Part shown: one piece after another, positions 1 to 9,191 of the stretch
Layout of the letters: the number at the start of each line of letters is the position of its first letter
Numbering within the stretch: the stretch's first letter is position 1
DNA from: Clostridia bacterium
Lineage (GTDB): Bacteria > Bacillota > Clostridia > TANB77 > CAG-508
Length of the DNA: 59,801 nucleotides
Direction of reading: 5' to 3'
NCBI GenBank assembly: GCA_017397545.1
Contig: JAFQIK010000017.1
Location: 1-59,801, forward strand
Notes under the pieces: generated by a model
The model's input: only the letters and a program-made list of their open reading frames with translations
Database searches by the model: none
Told to the model about the DNA's origin: nothing
Made by a program: the position numbers and the translations under genes

Positions 1-1
1 A

Positions 2-139
2 GTATATAAATATGCAAATGGAGAAGAGATAGTAGTAAATGATGGGAATACATTTATACAGATAATGCCAATAGATTCAGACATAACAATAGAACCATTA
101 CAAGAAGAAGTAAATAGCACAAACGTAAATGCACAATAA
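2..139 (+). CDS. 3' end of a gene, probably a DUF3048/YerB-like protein (partial)
   Basis: Open frame from the window edge, VYKYANGEEIVVNDGNTFIQIMP...NAQ*, ending at TAA 137-139. Resembles the DUF3048 C-terminus from memory. Confidence 0.5.
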   Translation, partial: VYKYANGEEIVVNDGNTFIQIMPIDSDITIEPLQEEVNSTNVNAQ

Positions 140-189
140 AAAATTAGGGGCAACCCTAATTTTTTTGGCATAATTTTGATTGGAACGAA

Positions 190-313
190 AAATTGTAATT
201 TGGCGGTGTGATGTGGGATGTGTGAGGTGTGCTTTTAGGGAAAACTTCGTAGGCTTTACTTTAATATCACACTTCCCACCTCGCACTTCACACTTCCATA
301 CAAATTACAATTT
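190..313. repeat. Heptamer-repeat palindromic element inside 13-bp terminal inverted repeats
   Basis: AAATTGTAATTTG (190-202) and CAAATTACAATTT (301-313) enclose GTGTGAT/GTGGGAT/GTGTGAG...CTTCACAC heptamers. Nearly identical to 50101-50192. Confidence 0.8.
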
Positions 314-477
314 ATCTCAGGATACATACTATTTTTACAAATTTACTTTTTTTATCAAAAAAAATATGATAAAATTACTTTGTCAAGTAAAAATGGTAAA
401 TAAAAAATAATAAAATATTTACAGAGTTTTACAAAAAAATTAAATATTTTTGGATATAATAATAAAGCGAGGTAAAA

Positions 478-1380
478 ATGGAAAATTTCAAATCAGGATT
501 TGTATCAATAATAGGAAGAACAAATGTTGGAAAATCAACACTAATTAATAACTTAGTAGGAGAAAAAGTTGCTGCAACAGTTGATAAATGCCAAACAACA
601 AGAACTGCAATTAGAGCAATTGTAAACAAAGAAAATTCGCAAATAATTTTTATAGATACTCCAGGAATACATAAACCAAAAACAAAACTTGGAGAAATTA
701 TGAACGAAACTGCATGGGGAACTATTCCAGATTCTGATATAACACTTTTTATTGTTGAAGCAACATCAAACACAATAGGAAAAGGTGATAAATTAATATT
801 AGAAAAAATAAAAGAAAAAAATAAGAAAACAATATTAATAATAAATAAAATAGATTTAATAGAAAAAGAAAAACTATTAAATTTAATAAAATTGTATAAT
901 GAAGAATATAAATTTGAAGCAACAATTCCAATATCAGCATCAAAAGGAGATAATGTAGAACAAATATTAGAAGAAATAGAAAAACACCTTCCATATGGTC
1001 CAGCATATTATGATATAGAGGAATATACAGATCAAACCGCAAGACAACTAGTAGAAGAAACAATAAGAGAAAAAGCTTTAAAACTGTTAGATGAAGAAGT
1101 TCCTCATGGTATATTGGTAGAAGTAGAAAAAATGAATCTAAGAGAAACTACAAAAGGAGAAGAAATTTATGATATAGAAGCAGTAATATATGTGCTAAGG
1201 AATTCTCATAAAGGTATTGTAATAGGGAAAAGTGGAAGTATGCTAAAAAGAATTGGAACATATGCAAGACAAGACATAGAAAGAATGTTTGAGACGAAAG
1301 CTAATTTAAAAATATGGGTAAAAGTAAAAGAAAACTGGCAAGAGAACAACAGCATATTAAAAAGATTTAAAACAGAATAA
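478..1380 (+). CDS. era: GTPase Era
   Basis: GRTNVGKST, DTPG and NKID motifs, C-terminal KH domain (VIGKSGSMLKRIG). Confidence 0.97.
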   Translation: MENFKSGFVSIIGRTNVGKSTLINNLVGEKVAATVDKCQTTRTAIRAIVNKENSQIIFIDTPGIHKPKTKLGEIMNETAWGTIPDSDITLFIVEATSNTIGKGDKLILEKIKEKNKKTILIINKIDLIEKEKLLNLIKLYNEEYKFEATIPISASKGDNVEQILEEIEKHLPYGPAYYDIEEYTDQTARQLVEETIREKALKLLDEEVPHGILVEVEKMNLRETTKGEEIYDIEAVIYVLRNSHKGIVIGKSGSMLKRIGTYARQDIERMFETKANLKIWVKVKENWQENNSILKRFKTE

Positions 1381-1475
1381 AAATGAATAAAAATTACAAA
1401 ATTACAAAAGATAAAATTAAAGGTGTAAATAAATAAAAACAATTTATGTGCACATATGTTAAGGAGATGAGACGT

Positions 1476-1643
1476 ATGATAAAAGAGCTGGCATGGAATA
1501 CCTTTAAGAATACAGGAAATATAAACACATTTTTAGAACTAAAACAAGTAACAGATATTGAAGAAAATATAAAGGCGGAAAACTATGAAATTACTAAAAG
1601 TAAAGGGAATAATAATAGCGGAGAAAATAGTATCAGATTTTGA
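1476..1643 (+). CDS. YqzL-family small protein
   Basis: MIKELAWNTFKNTGNINTFLE, AAGGAG RBS at 1461, usual position between era and recO. Confidence 0.7.
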   Translation: MIKELAWNTFKNTGNINTFLELKQVTDIEENIKAENYEITKSKGNNNSGENSIRF

Positions 1644-2302
1644 TAAAATAGTTACAATATTAACACCAAATTTGCGGAAAAATTGAGGCAGCAGCTAAAG
1701 GATCAAGAAGACCTAAAAGTCTTCTTATGGCTGCTACTCAATTTTTGTGTTTTGGAGAATATATGCTTTATAAAAGTGGAAATTCATATAGCATAAATTC
1801 CTGCGAAACAATAGAAGTTTTCTATGATATAAGAACAGATTTAGATAAATTAAAATATGCTGCACATATTACCAAGATAATAAATGATATAACAACAGAA
1901 AATCAAAATACATATAAAGTTTTGCAATTATATTTAAACACCTTATATATGATATCCGAAACAGATAAAGATTTAAGTTTAATAAATTCGATCTTTACAT
2001 TAAGACTTTTATCAATAATAGGATTTAGACCAATAATAGATGAATGTAGAAATTGCAAAAGCAAAGATGAGTTAAAATATTTTAGTTTTAAAGATAGCGG
2101 ATTAAAATGTAAAACATGTGGAGTGCAAGACAAAGGCGCAATAGAAATTAACGTTACAACAAAAGATGCAATAAAATATATAATACTTGCAGATTCAAAA
2201 AAAATATTTTCATTTGAAGTACCTAAAGATTCGGTAAAGGAATTAGAAATAATATCCAAAATATATTTAGAAGATAAATTAGAAAGAGAATACAAATTAT
2301 AA
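1585..2302 (+). CDS. recO: DNA repair protein RecO, 238 aa after one +1 shift at CGG 1675-1677
   Basis: MKLLKVKGIII...DKIVTILTPNL-(C)GGA-KIEAAAKGSRRPKS joins the 1727..2302 frame. Zn-finger CxxC...CxxC present. Lies downstream of era. Confidence 0.9.
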
Positions 2303-2397
2303 TTTACAAAAATAATTATCTATAAATAAATTTCCCCTTGCAAAATTAAAAATGTTAAGCTATAATGAAAAAAACAAAAAGAAAGGAAGAGATTAAT

Positions 2398-2931
2398 ATG
2401 GTAAATATAAAAATAACAGGAAAAGAGGTTGTAGCAACAGAAGCTATAAAAGACTATGTAGAGAAAAAAATGGATAGAATAGAAAGATATTTTGATGGAG
2501 ATGTTGAAGTTGCAGTTACAATAAGAACAGAAAGAGAAGAACAAATTGCAGAAATGAGTGTAAAAGTAAAACAAGATACATATAGAGCAGTAACATCACA
2601 TAAAGATATGTATGCATCAATAGATAAAGATATAGATATTTTAGAAGGACAAATCAGAAAAGTAAAAACAAGAAAAGACAAAGCAAACAAAGAAGAATCT
2701 ATAAAATTATTAGAAGTAAATGGATCAGAAGAATCTGTAATAGAAGACGAAATAATAAAAACAATTTATTATGATATAAAACCAATGACACCAGAAGATG
2801 CAAAATTAAAATTACAAGAAAAACCACAAGATAGATTTATAACATTTATAAATCAAGAAACAAATAAAGTAAATGTATTATTTAAATTAAAAGATAACAA
2901 AAATTTTGGATTATTAGAACCAGAAGCATAA
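2398..2931 (+). CDS. hpf: Long ribosome hibernation promoting factor (RaiA/HPF)
   Basis: IKITGKEVVATEAIKDYVEKK, DMYASID and C-terminal KPMTPEDA motifs. Confidence 0.93.
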   Translation: MVNIKITGKEVVATEAIKDYVEKKMDRIERYFDGDVEVAVTIRTEREEQIAEMSVKVKQDTYRAVTSHKDMYASIDKDIDILEGQIRKVKTRKDKANKEESIKLLEVNGSEESVIEDEIIKTIYYDIKPMTPEDAKLKLQEKPQDRFITFINQETNKVNVLFKLKDNKNFGLLEPEA

Positions 2932-2943
2932 TTAAATACAATA

Positions 2944-2978
2944 AAAAATCAATCGCAAATATTAAGCGATTGATTTTT
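2944..2978. terminator. Bidirectional intrinsic terminator
   Basis: AAAAATCAATCGC...GCGATTGATTTTT between convergent hpf and SASP genes. Confidence 0.85.
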
Positions 2979-2990
2979 TGTTAAATAAAC

Positions 2991-3191
2991 CTATTTCATG
3001 TTGTTTTCAGCTTGTTGAATCATTTTTTTAACCATGTTACCACCTATTCTACCAGCATCTCTAGATGATAAATCACCATTATAACCATTTTTTAAATTAA
3101 CTCCAACTTCAGAAGCTACTTCATATTTGAATTTATTTAAAGCTTCTTTAGCTTCAGGAACTAATGTTCTGTTTGAATTTGAATTTGCCAT
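2991..3191 (-). CDS. Alpha/beta-type small acid-soluble spore protein
   Basis: LVPEAKEALNKFKYEVASEVGV...SRDAGRIGGNMVKKMI, with GGAGGTG RBS. Confidence 0.95.
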   Translation of the reverse strand: MANSNSNRTLVPEAKEALNKFKYEVASEVGVNLKNGYNGDLSSRDAGRIGGNMVKKMIQQAENNMK

Positions 3192-3254
3192 TTGTTTTCA
3201 CCTCCTAGGATATGAATTAAATCATTTAAAAAAAGCATGTTTGCTTTCAATAGT

Positions 3255-3283
3255 TATGATGCTCATATAATTTTTTTTTAAAC
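3255..3283 (-). promoter_or_regulatory. Putative sigma-G-type promoter of the SASP gene
   Basis: Minus strand GTTTA-N17-CATCATA, resembling the SigG consensus. Confidence 0.45.
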
Positions 3284-3321
3284 TAGAAATTTTTGTTAAA
3301 AATTTAAAAAATGTTTTAATA

Positions 3322-3470
3322 AAATTGTAATTTTTGTGATTGAATTAATTGCAAACGTTGTAGGGGCAGACGCCTCTGTCTGCCCGCAATTTTATGCGAT
3401 TTTTTTCGGGCGGACACGGGGTTCCGCCCCTACAGATTTTAAAATAAATTATTCACACAAATTACAATTT
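3322..3470. repeat. Inverted pair of GTAG REP hairpins (REPIN-like) inside AAATTGTAATTT terminal inverted repeats
   Basis: TGTAGGGGCAGAC..GTCTGCCCGC (3359-3387) faces GGGCGGA..TCCGCCCCTACA (3408-3434). TIRs at 3322-3333 and 3459-3470. Confidence 0.8.
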
Positions 3471-3538
3471 ATCTAATTAAAACTCTTGAAAAAAATAACA
3501 GAAGGTATATAATTAATAGAAAAATGAAGGAGAACAAA

Positions 3539-4411
3539 ATGTATAAATTAATAGCAATTGATCTAGATGGAACACTTTTAAATTCATACGGAGAAGTAAG
3601 CGAAGTAAATAAACAAGCAATAAATATGGCTATTAAAAAAAATATTGAAGTTGTGTTAACATCTGGAAGAATGCCAAAAGCTATTTTACCAATTGCAAAC
3701 GAAATAAATGCAAATAATTATATAATATCTGCAAATGGAGCATCAATATATGATGTGAAAAATGATGAAATAATATACAATAATTATATCAGTAAAGAAA
3801 AAACATTAGAAATTATAGATATATGCGAAAAAAATAATATGTTTTATAGTTTATATACAAATAATGTTATACTTACAAAATCATTAAATTATAATATACT
3901 TTATTACAATAGTGAAAATAAAAATAAATCTGAAGATAAAAAAATTAAAATTAATATAATAAGTGATATGCATAAATATGTACAAGAATATAAAAACGAT
4001 GATTTTTTAAAATTTACAATATGTGATAGTAGTGAAATTGTTTTTAGAAGTGTTATAAATAAACTTAAAAGTATAAAAAACATAGATGTTTTAGAAGTTT
4101 CTCATATGTCTAAAAAAATTATAAACTATGGAAGCCAGGAACATGAAGTGTCATATTTCTATACAGAAATAACAAATCAAAATGTAAATAAATGGACAGC
4201 TCTTCAAGAATTAATTAAAAAACTAGGAATACAAAAAGAAGAAGTAATTGCAATAGGAGATAATATTAATGATGAAGATATGATAAGTAATGCAGGAATA
4301 GGAATTGCAACAGGAAATAGTTCGCCAAAAATACAAAAAATAGCAGATGAAATAGTCTCAAGTAATAACGAAGATGGAGTCGCTGAAGGTGTAAACAAAC
4401 ATATAAAATAG
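3539..4411 (+). CDS. Cof-type HAD-IIB hydrolase
   Basis: DLDGTLL, SGR and GDNINDEDM motifs. Confidence 0.93.
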   Translation: MYKLIAIDLDGTLLNSYGEVSEVNKQAINMAIKKNIEVVLTSGRMPKAILPIANEINANNYIISANGASIYDVKNDEIIYNNYISKEKTLEIIDICEKNNMFYSLYTNNVILTKSLNYNILYYNSENKNKSEDKKIKINIISDMHKYVQEYKNDDFLKFTICDSSEIVFRSVINKLKSIKNIDVLEVSHMSKKIINYGSQEHEVSYFYTEITNQNVNKWTALQELIKKLGIQKEEVIAIGDNINDEDMISNAGIGIATGNSSPKIQKIADEIVSSNNEDGVAEGVNKHIK

Positions 4412-4530
4412 AAATATTACAATTGCGTTACAAAAATATTAATTTTAAATTACAATCACCTTAAATGTTGTTTTTAAGGTGATTTTGTTATAAAATAAAA
4501 TAAAATACTAGGTATTAGGAGGAATAAATT

Positions 4531-5478
4531 ATGGCGTCAAATCCAATGCAAAAAAAAGCAAGAAATTCATTTTTATTAGGTATGGTAATTACACTTGTAA
4601 TATGTGCACTTATAGGAGGTTTGTTTTATATATTAACAGCAAAACAAAATCAGAAAAAAGAGGAAGAAGAAGGAGTGCTTACATATGTATATAAATTAAA
4701 AACTAATGTGATGTCAGGTGCTACAATAACAGCAAACAATGTAGAAGAAGTATTAGTTACAACAAAAGCTGTTCCAGCAGGAGCCTATGCATCAAGAAAA
4801 GAAACAAAAAATGAAAAAGGAAAAACAGAGTGGAAAAAGCAAGCTTTTACTGGGGTAGGTAAAAAAGCAAGAGTAAACTTAAATGCAGGTACTATTTTAA
4901 CTGAATCATTATTATATACAGGAGAAGATATAACATCAGATTTAAGATATGTAGAATATAATATGTTAAGCTTATCTACAACTGTAGATGTAGGTTCATA
5001 TATAGATATAAGATTGGCACTTCCAAATGGATTAGATTTAATAGTTGTTTCTGAAAAAGAAGTAAAATCAATAATTGGAAATACAATAGGACTGGAACTT
5101 ACAGAAGACGAAATATTAATGATGGAAAGTGCTATTGTAGAAGCATATGTAATGACAGCTTCTAAATTATATGCAATAGAGTATGTTTCTCCTGGAACAC
5201 AAGTTTCAGCTGCTACAGGCGAGGTTGGAACATTAGTAACATATACACCGACACAAGCAGTCCAAGACCTTATAAAAGCAAGTGGAAACAATATTCAAGA
5301 AGTTGCAAAAAATGCGTTATTGCAAAGGTTTAATCAAAATGTAAGAGATAATGTAGCCAGTGATGTAAATAGATATAGTGATGAAAAATTAGAGAATATA
5401 GAAGAAAAACTACAAGTAGAAATTGAAAATGCAAAAGCAGCAAGAGAAGCATATTTATCAGGGCTAACAAGTTATTAA
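4531..5478 (+). CDS. SAF/CpaB-like pilus assembly protein
   Basis: N-terminal TM helix, SAF-like segment, DLRYVEY...VGSYIDIRLALPNGLDLIVVS. First gene of the Tad-like locus. Confidence 0.6.
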   Translation: MASNPMQKKARNSFLLGMVITLVICALIGGLFYILTAKQNQKKEEEEGVLTYVYKLKTNVMSGATITANNVEEVLVTTKAVPAGAYASRKETKNEKGKTEWKKQAFTGVGKKARVNLNAGTILTESLLYTGEDITSDLRYVEYNMLSLSTTVDVGSYIDIRLALPNGLDLIVVSEKEVKSIIGNTIGLELTEDEILMMESAIVEAYVMTASKLYAIEYVSPGTQVSAATGEVGTLVTYTPTQAVQDLIKASGNNIQEVAKNALLQRFNQNVRDNVASDVNRYSDEKLENIEEKLQVEIENAKAAREAYLSGLTSY

Positions 5479-5572
5479 TAAATAAAAACATTAAAAAAAC
5501 TGTAGGGGCGGAATTTATTTCCGCCTGAAAGATAAAATATTTACAACCAAAAGAAAACAGGAGGCAATAAAA

Positions 5573-6250
5573 TTGAAAAAAATAGGTTTTATAGGAGCGT
5601 TTGAAAAAACAGATTTAATTATATATACTGCAAGAATATTAACAGAAGTAGGAAAAAGAGTATTAATGATAGATACAACTGTTTTACAAAAAGCAAGATA
5701 TATAATACCTTGTATTGCTCCAACAAAATTCTATGTTACAGAATACGAAGGAATAGATGTAGCTGTAGGATTTGAAGATATAGAATCATTAAATCAATAT
5801 ATGGGAGATATAGAAAACGATTATGATATTGTATTAATTGATGTGGATTCATACGAAAAATTTGATGCATTTGAAATTGCAAATTCTGAAAGATTATATT
5901 TTGTTACAGCATTTGACAGTTTTTCATTAAAAAAAGGAATTGAAGTAATAGGGACAATGAGACAAAAATTAAGAATGACAAAAATATTATTTGAAAGAGA
6001 AATAATAGAAGAAAATGACGAATATTTAAATTTATTATCTTTAACATATCCAATACAATGGAATGAGGAAAAAATATATTTTCCATACGACCAAGGAGAT
6101 TTAAGCGCAATAATAGAAAACCAAAGAGTAACAAAAATTAAATTAAAAAACTTAAGCGAAGAATATAGAGATGCTCTATTTATACTTACACAACAAATAG
6201 TACCAGAAGTAAAAAATGGAGAAATAAAAAGAGCATTTAAAAATATTTAA
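5573..6250 (+). CDS. Degenerate ParA/MinD-like protein
   Basis: KIGFIGAFEKTD...KRVLMIDTT and YDIVLID motifs. Confidence 0.55.
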   Translation: MKKIGFIGAFEKTDLIIYTARILTEVGKRVLMIDTTVLQKARYIIPCIAPTKFYVTEYEGIDVAVGFEDIESLNQYMGDIENDYDIVLIDVDSYEKFDAFEIANSERLYFVTAFDSFSLKKGIEVIGTMRQKLRMTKILFEREIIEENDEYLNLLSLTYPIQWNEEKIYFPYDQGDLSAIIENQRVTKIKLKNLSEEYRDALFILTQQIVPEVKNGEIKRAFKNI

Positions 6251-6261
6251 GGAGAAAGCAA

Positions 6262-7092
6262 ATGGCAATTGTATCATTTTGGAGTAACGGAAGAGAGGAA
6301 ACAGGGAAAAGCTCTGCAATAGTAGCATTATCTACACTTTTAGGAGTTAATCACAATTATAAAATATTAGTTTTGGATACTAAATATAATGATAATTTTT
6401 ATCAGGATTGTTTTTGGAAAGAAGACAAAACAATAAAGATGATAAACAGTAATAATGCAAAAACAGATATAGGTCATGGAATAAGTGGATTATCTAAAGC
6501 AATATTAAGTAATAAAACTTCACCAGAAATAGTAACCAACTATACAAAAATAGTTTTTAAAGATAGATTAGAACTATTAATGGATACTAATGTAGAGCCA
6601 GAAGAATATGAAAGACATAAAACCATTTTTACTGACATTGTAAAAATGGCGAATAAATATTATGATTTAGTATTTATAGATATAGATAGTTCATTAGATA
6701 ACAAACTTACAGATTCGTTATTAGAGATTTCAAACCTTGTTGTAGTATGTTTGCCGCAGAAACTAAGAAAAATAAATGAGTACTTACAATTAAAAGAAGA
6801 AAATCTTGTTTTAAGAAGTAAGCCTATTTTACCGCTTATAGGAAGATACGATAAACATTCAAAATATAATGCCAAAAACGTATCAAGATATATTAAAGAA
6901 AAAAGAGGAATATGTACAATACCATATAATACTTTATTTTTTGAAGCATGCAATGAAGCAACTGTAGCAGACTTTTTTATAAAATTTAGAAAAATAAATT
7001 CTAAAGACAGAAATGCAATGTTTATAGCTGATGTAAGACAAACAGCAGAAAAAATAATTTCACGTTTGCAAGAATTACAAATGAGAATGTAA
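6262..7092 (+). CDS. CpaE/TadZ-like ParA-family protein
   Basis: SFWSNGREETGKSS deviant Walker A and YDLVFID. Confidence 0.65.
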   Translation: MAIVSFWSNGREETGKSSAIVALSTLLGVNHNYKILVLDTKYNDNFYQDCFWKEDKTIKMINSNNAKTDIGHGISGLSKAILSNKTSPEIVTNYTKIVFKDRLELLMDTNVEPEEYERHKTIFTDIVKMANKYYDLVFIDIDSSLDNKLTDSLLEISNLVVVCLPQKLRKINEYLQLKEENLVLRSKPILPLIGRYDKHSKYNAKNVSRYIKEKRGICTIPYNTLFFEACNEATVADFFIKFRKINSKDRNAMFIADVRQTAEKIISRLQELQMRM

Positions 7093-7111
7093 GAGAGGAG
7101 TTCGGAAACGT

Positions 7112-9120
7112 ATGAATATTACAAATATTTTATTAACATTTGTAGTGTTGATAATAGTTGGTGTGTTAATTAAATATGTAATAGAAAAAAACAAAAATGC
7201 AGAAGTAGAAGAAGGAATAGACATAGATGATAAAACATACACAATAGAAAAAATGAAAGAATTCGTAAAAAGAAGACTAGACGAAATTACAAAAATAAAT
7301 CTTTATGATATAGGTCTTTCAGAAGAAGAATTAAAAAGAAGAAAAGCAAAAAAATACGAATTAAAAAGAGCATTAAAAGGCTGTACATATGGAGATGTAA
7401 ATGACAAAAAATATGTTAAAGAATTAATATATGATTTGTTATTTAAAGAATATGGAGTAACAGAAGTAAATATATCAAAAGCTATACCATTTGATATACC
7501 ATCTTTATTAAGCTCACAAGATAAATTCGATATTTTGCTATATGCATATAAAAAAGACTTTGGATACGAAGCATTAGCACAAATTATAAAAAAATATAAT
7601 CTAGCAACATTAAAATATATAGCAGGAGAAGCAAAACCTTGTTATGTAATAACTAAAGAAGAAATAGATGATATTTTTGATAAAGAAGCATTAGTACTAA
7701 CATTTCAAGATAAATTAAATGTAGTAGTACAAAGAATATACCAACACTATAAAGGTTACAGCAGTATAGACGAAATTAGAGATATGAATATAGATGGTGT
7801 ATCTGGGCGGAGTATCAGGACTTCCAGAAAGTTTTTTAAGCCAAGTTGCACAAACAGATGGAGACTACTTAGAACAAATTACAGAACACAAAGTACCAAG
7901 AGCATGTGATAGTATTTGGATAATGTTCCAAGGTAAATCAATTCGTTTAGCATTCCTTTCATTTGGAAAAGAAAGTGAACTTAAAAGAGTATGTCAAAAC
8001 ATATATAAATATAATAATCCAGGACAATTATCAGATACAAACGGATTTAAAATAAACGAAATGAAAGATGGGTCTCGTGTTGTTGTTGTTCGTCCATCTA
8101 TGTCAGAAACATGGGCATTTTTCGTAAGAAAGTTCGACGTAAAAAGAGCAACATTAGAACAAATAATAACAGTACCGGGAAAAGAAAACGCAATAGATTT
8201 ATTAAGATTTTTAGTAAAAGGTGCAAGAATTATATCACTTACAGGTGAACAAGGATGCCGGAAAAACAACAATGCTTATGGCGATGATAGAAAGTATATA
8301 CGAAACAATGAACCTTCGTATTACAGAAACTGCATTTGAGCTTCACTTAAGAAAAATATATCCAACAAGAAATATTTTATCAATGAGAGAAACAGAAACA
8401 ATTTCAGGACAAGACTGTTTGGACGTTCAAAAGAAAACTGACGGTAGTGTTAATATTATCGGTGAGGTTGCAACTGACCCCGTAGCATCTTGGATGATAC
8501 AATCAGCACAGGTTGCATCTAAATTTACATTATTTACTCACCACGCTAAAACATTCCCAGACTTAGTAACAGCACTTCGTAACTCAATGCTTAGAGCTGG
8601 TGTATTTAAAGACGAAAAAACAGCAGAAGAACAAGTTGTTCAAGTATTAAACTTTGATATACACTTAGTAAAAGACTTTAGAGGAAGACGTTATATAGAA
8701 AGAGTAACAGAATGTGTACCAGTAGAAGATAAAAACGAATATACATATGACCACAGAAAAGAAAAAACATTAGAAGGAAAAATGGATAAATTTATAGACA
8801 ATGCAACACATTACTTTACTAAAGTTACAAATAGGGAGTTATACAAATATGTAAATATATTAGAATATAGAAACGATGAATATGTAATAACAAACAAAAT
8901 ATCAGACTATAACTTAAAAGAAATGCGTAGAAACATGGACGAATCAGATATAGAAGAATTTGATAGATTTATTGAAAGAAATTGGGGAAAATCAGAAAAT
9001 AAAAATGTAATAGAAACAGTTCCAGTATCTGTAGGGGTTGCTGACTATAGCGAACCATCTAAAACAGAATCTACAAATAATGTACCAACCAAAAGACGTG
9101 GAAGACCAAAAAAGAGTTAA
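7112..9120 (+). CDS. CpaF/TadA-like secretion ATPase, 668 aa after two +1 shifts at CGG 7808 and CGG 8259
   Basis: Three overlapping ORFs join to give DGVSG-G-VSG and Walker A TGEQGC-G-KTT. ETAFEL, IIGEV and FTHHA motifs follow. Confidence 0.85.
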
Positions 9121-9121
9121 A

Positions 9122-9147
9122 TGTAGGGGCGACGAGTAGTCGCCCGC
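9122..9147 (+). repeat. GTAG REP hairpin
   Basis: TGTAGGGGCGAC-GAGTA-GTCGCCCGC. Confidence 0.85.
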
Positions 9148-9191
9148 AATTCTTAGCTCTTCACTAAAATAACCGGAGGTGATTTTTTACT

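Noticed and set aside
98-410. ORFs 98..286, 180..410, 36571..36834 and the N-terminal extensions of 36763 and 39477
   Set aside because: They are translations of repeat elements and lack an RBS; true starts lie downstream where applicable.
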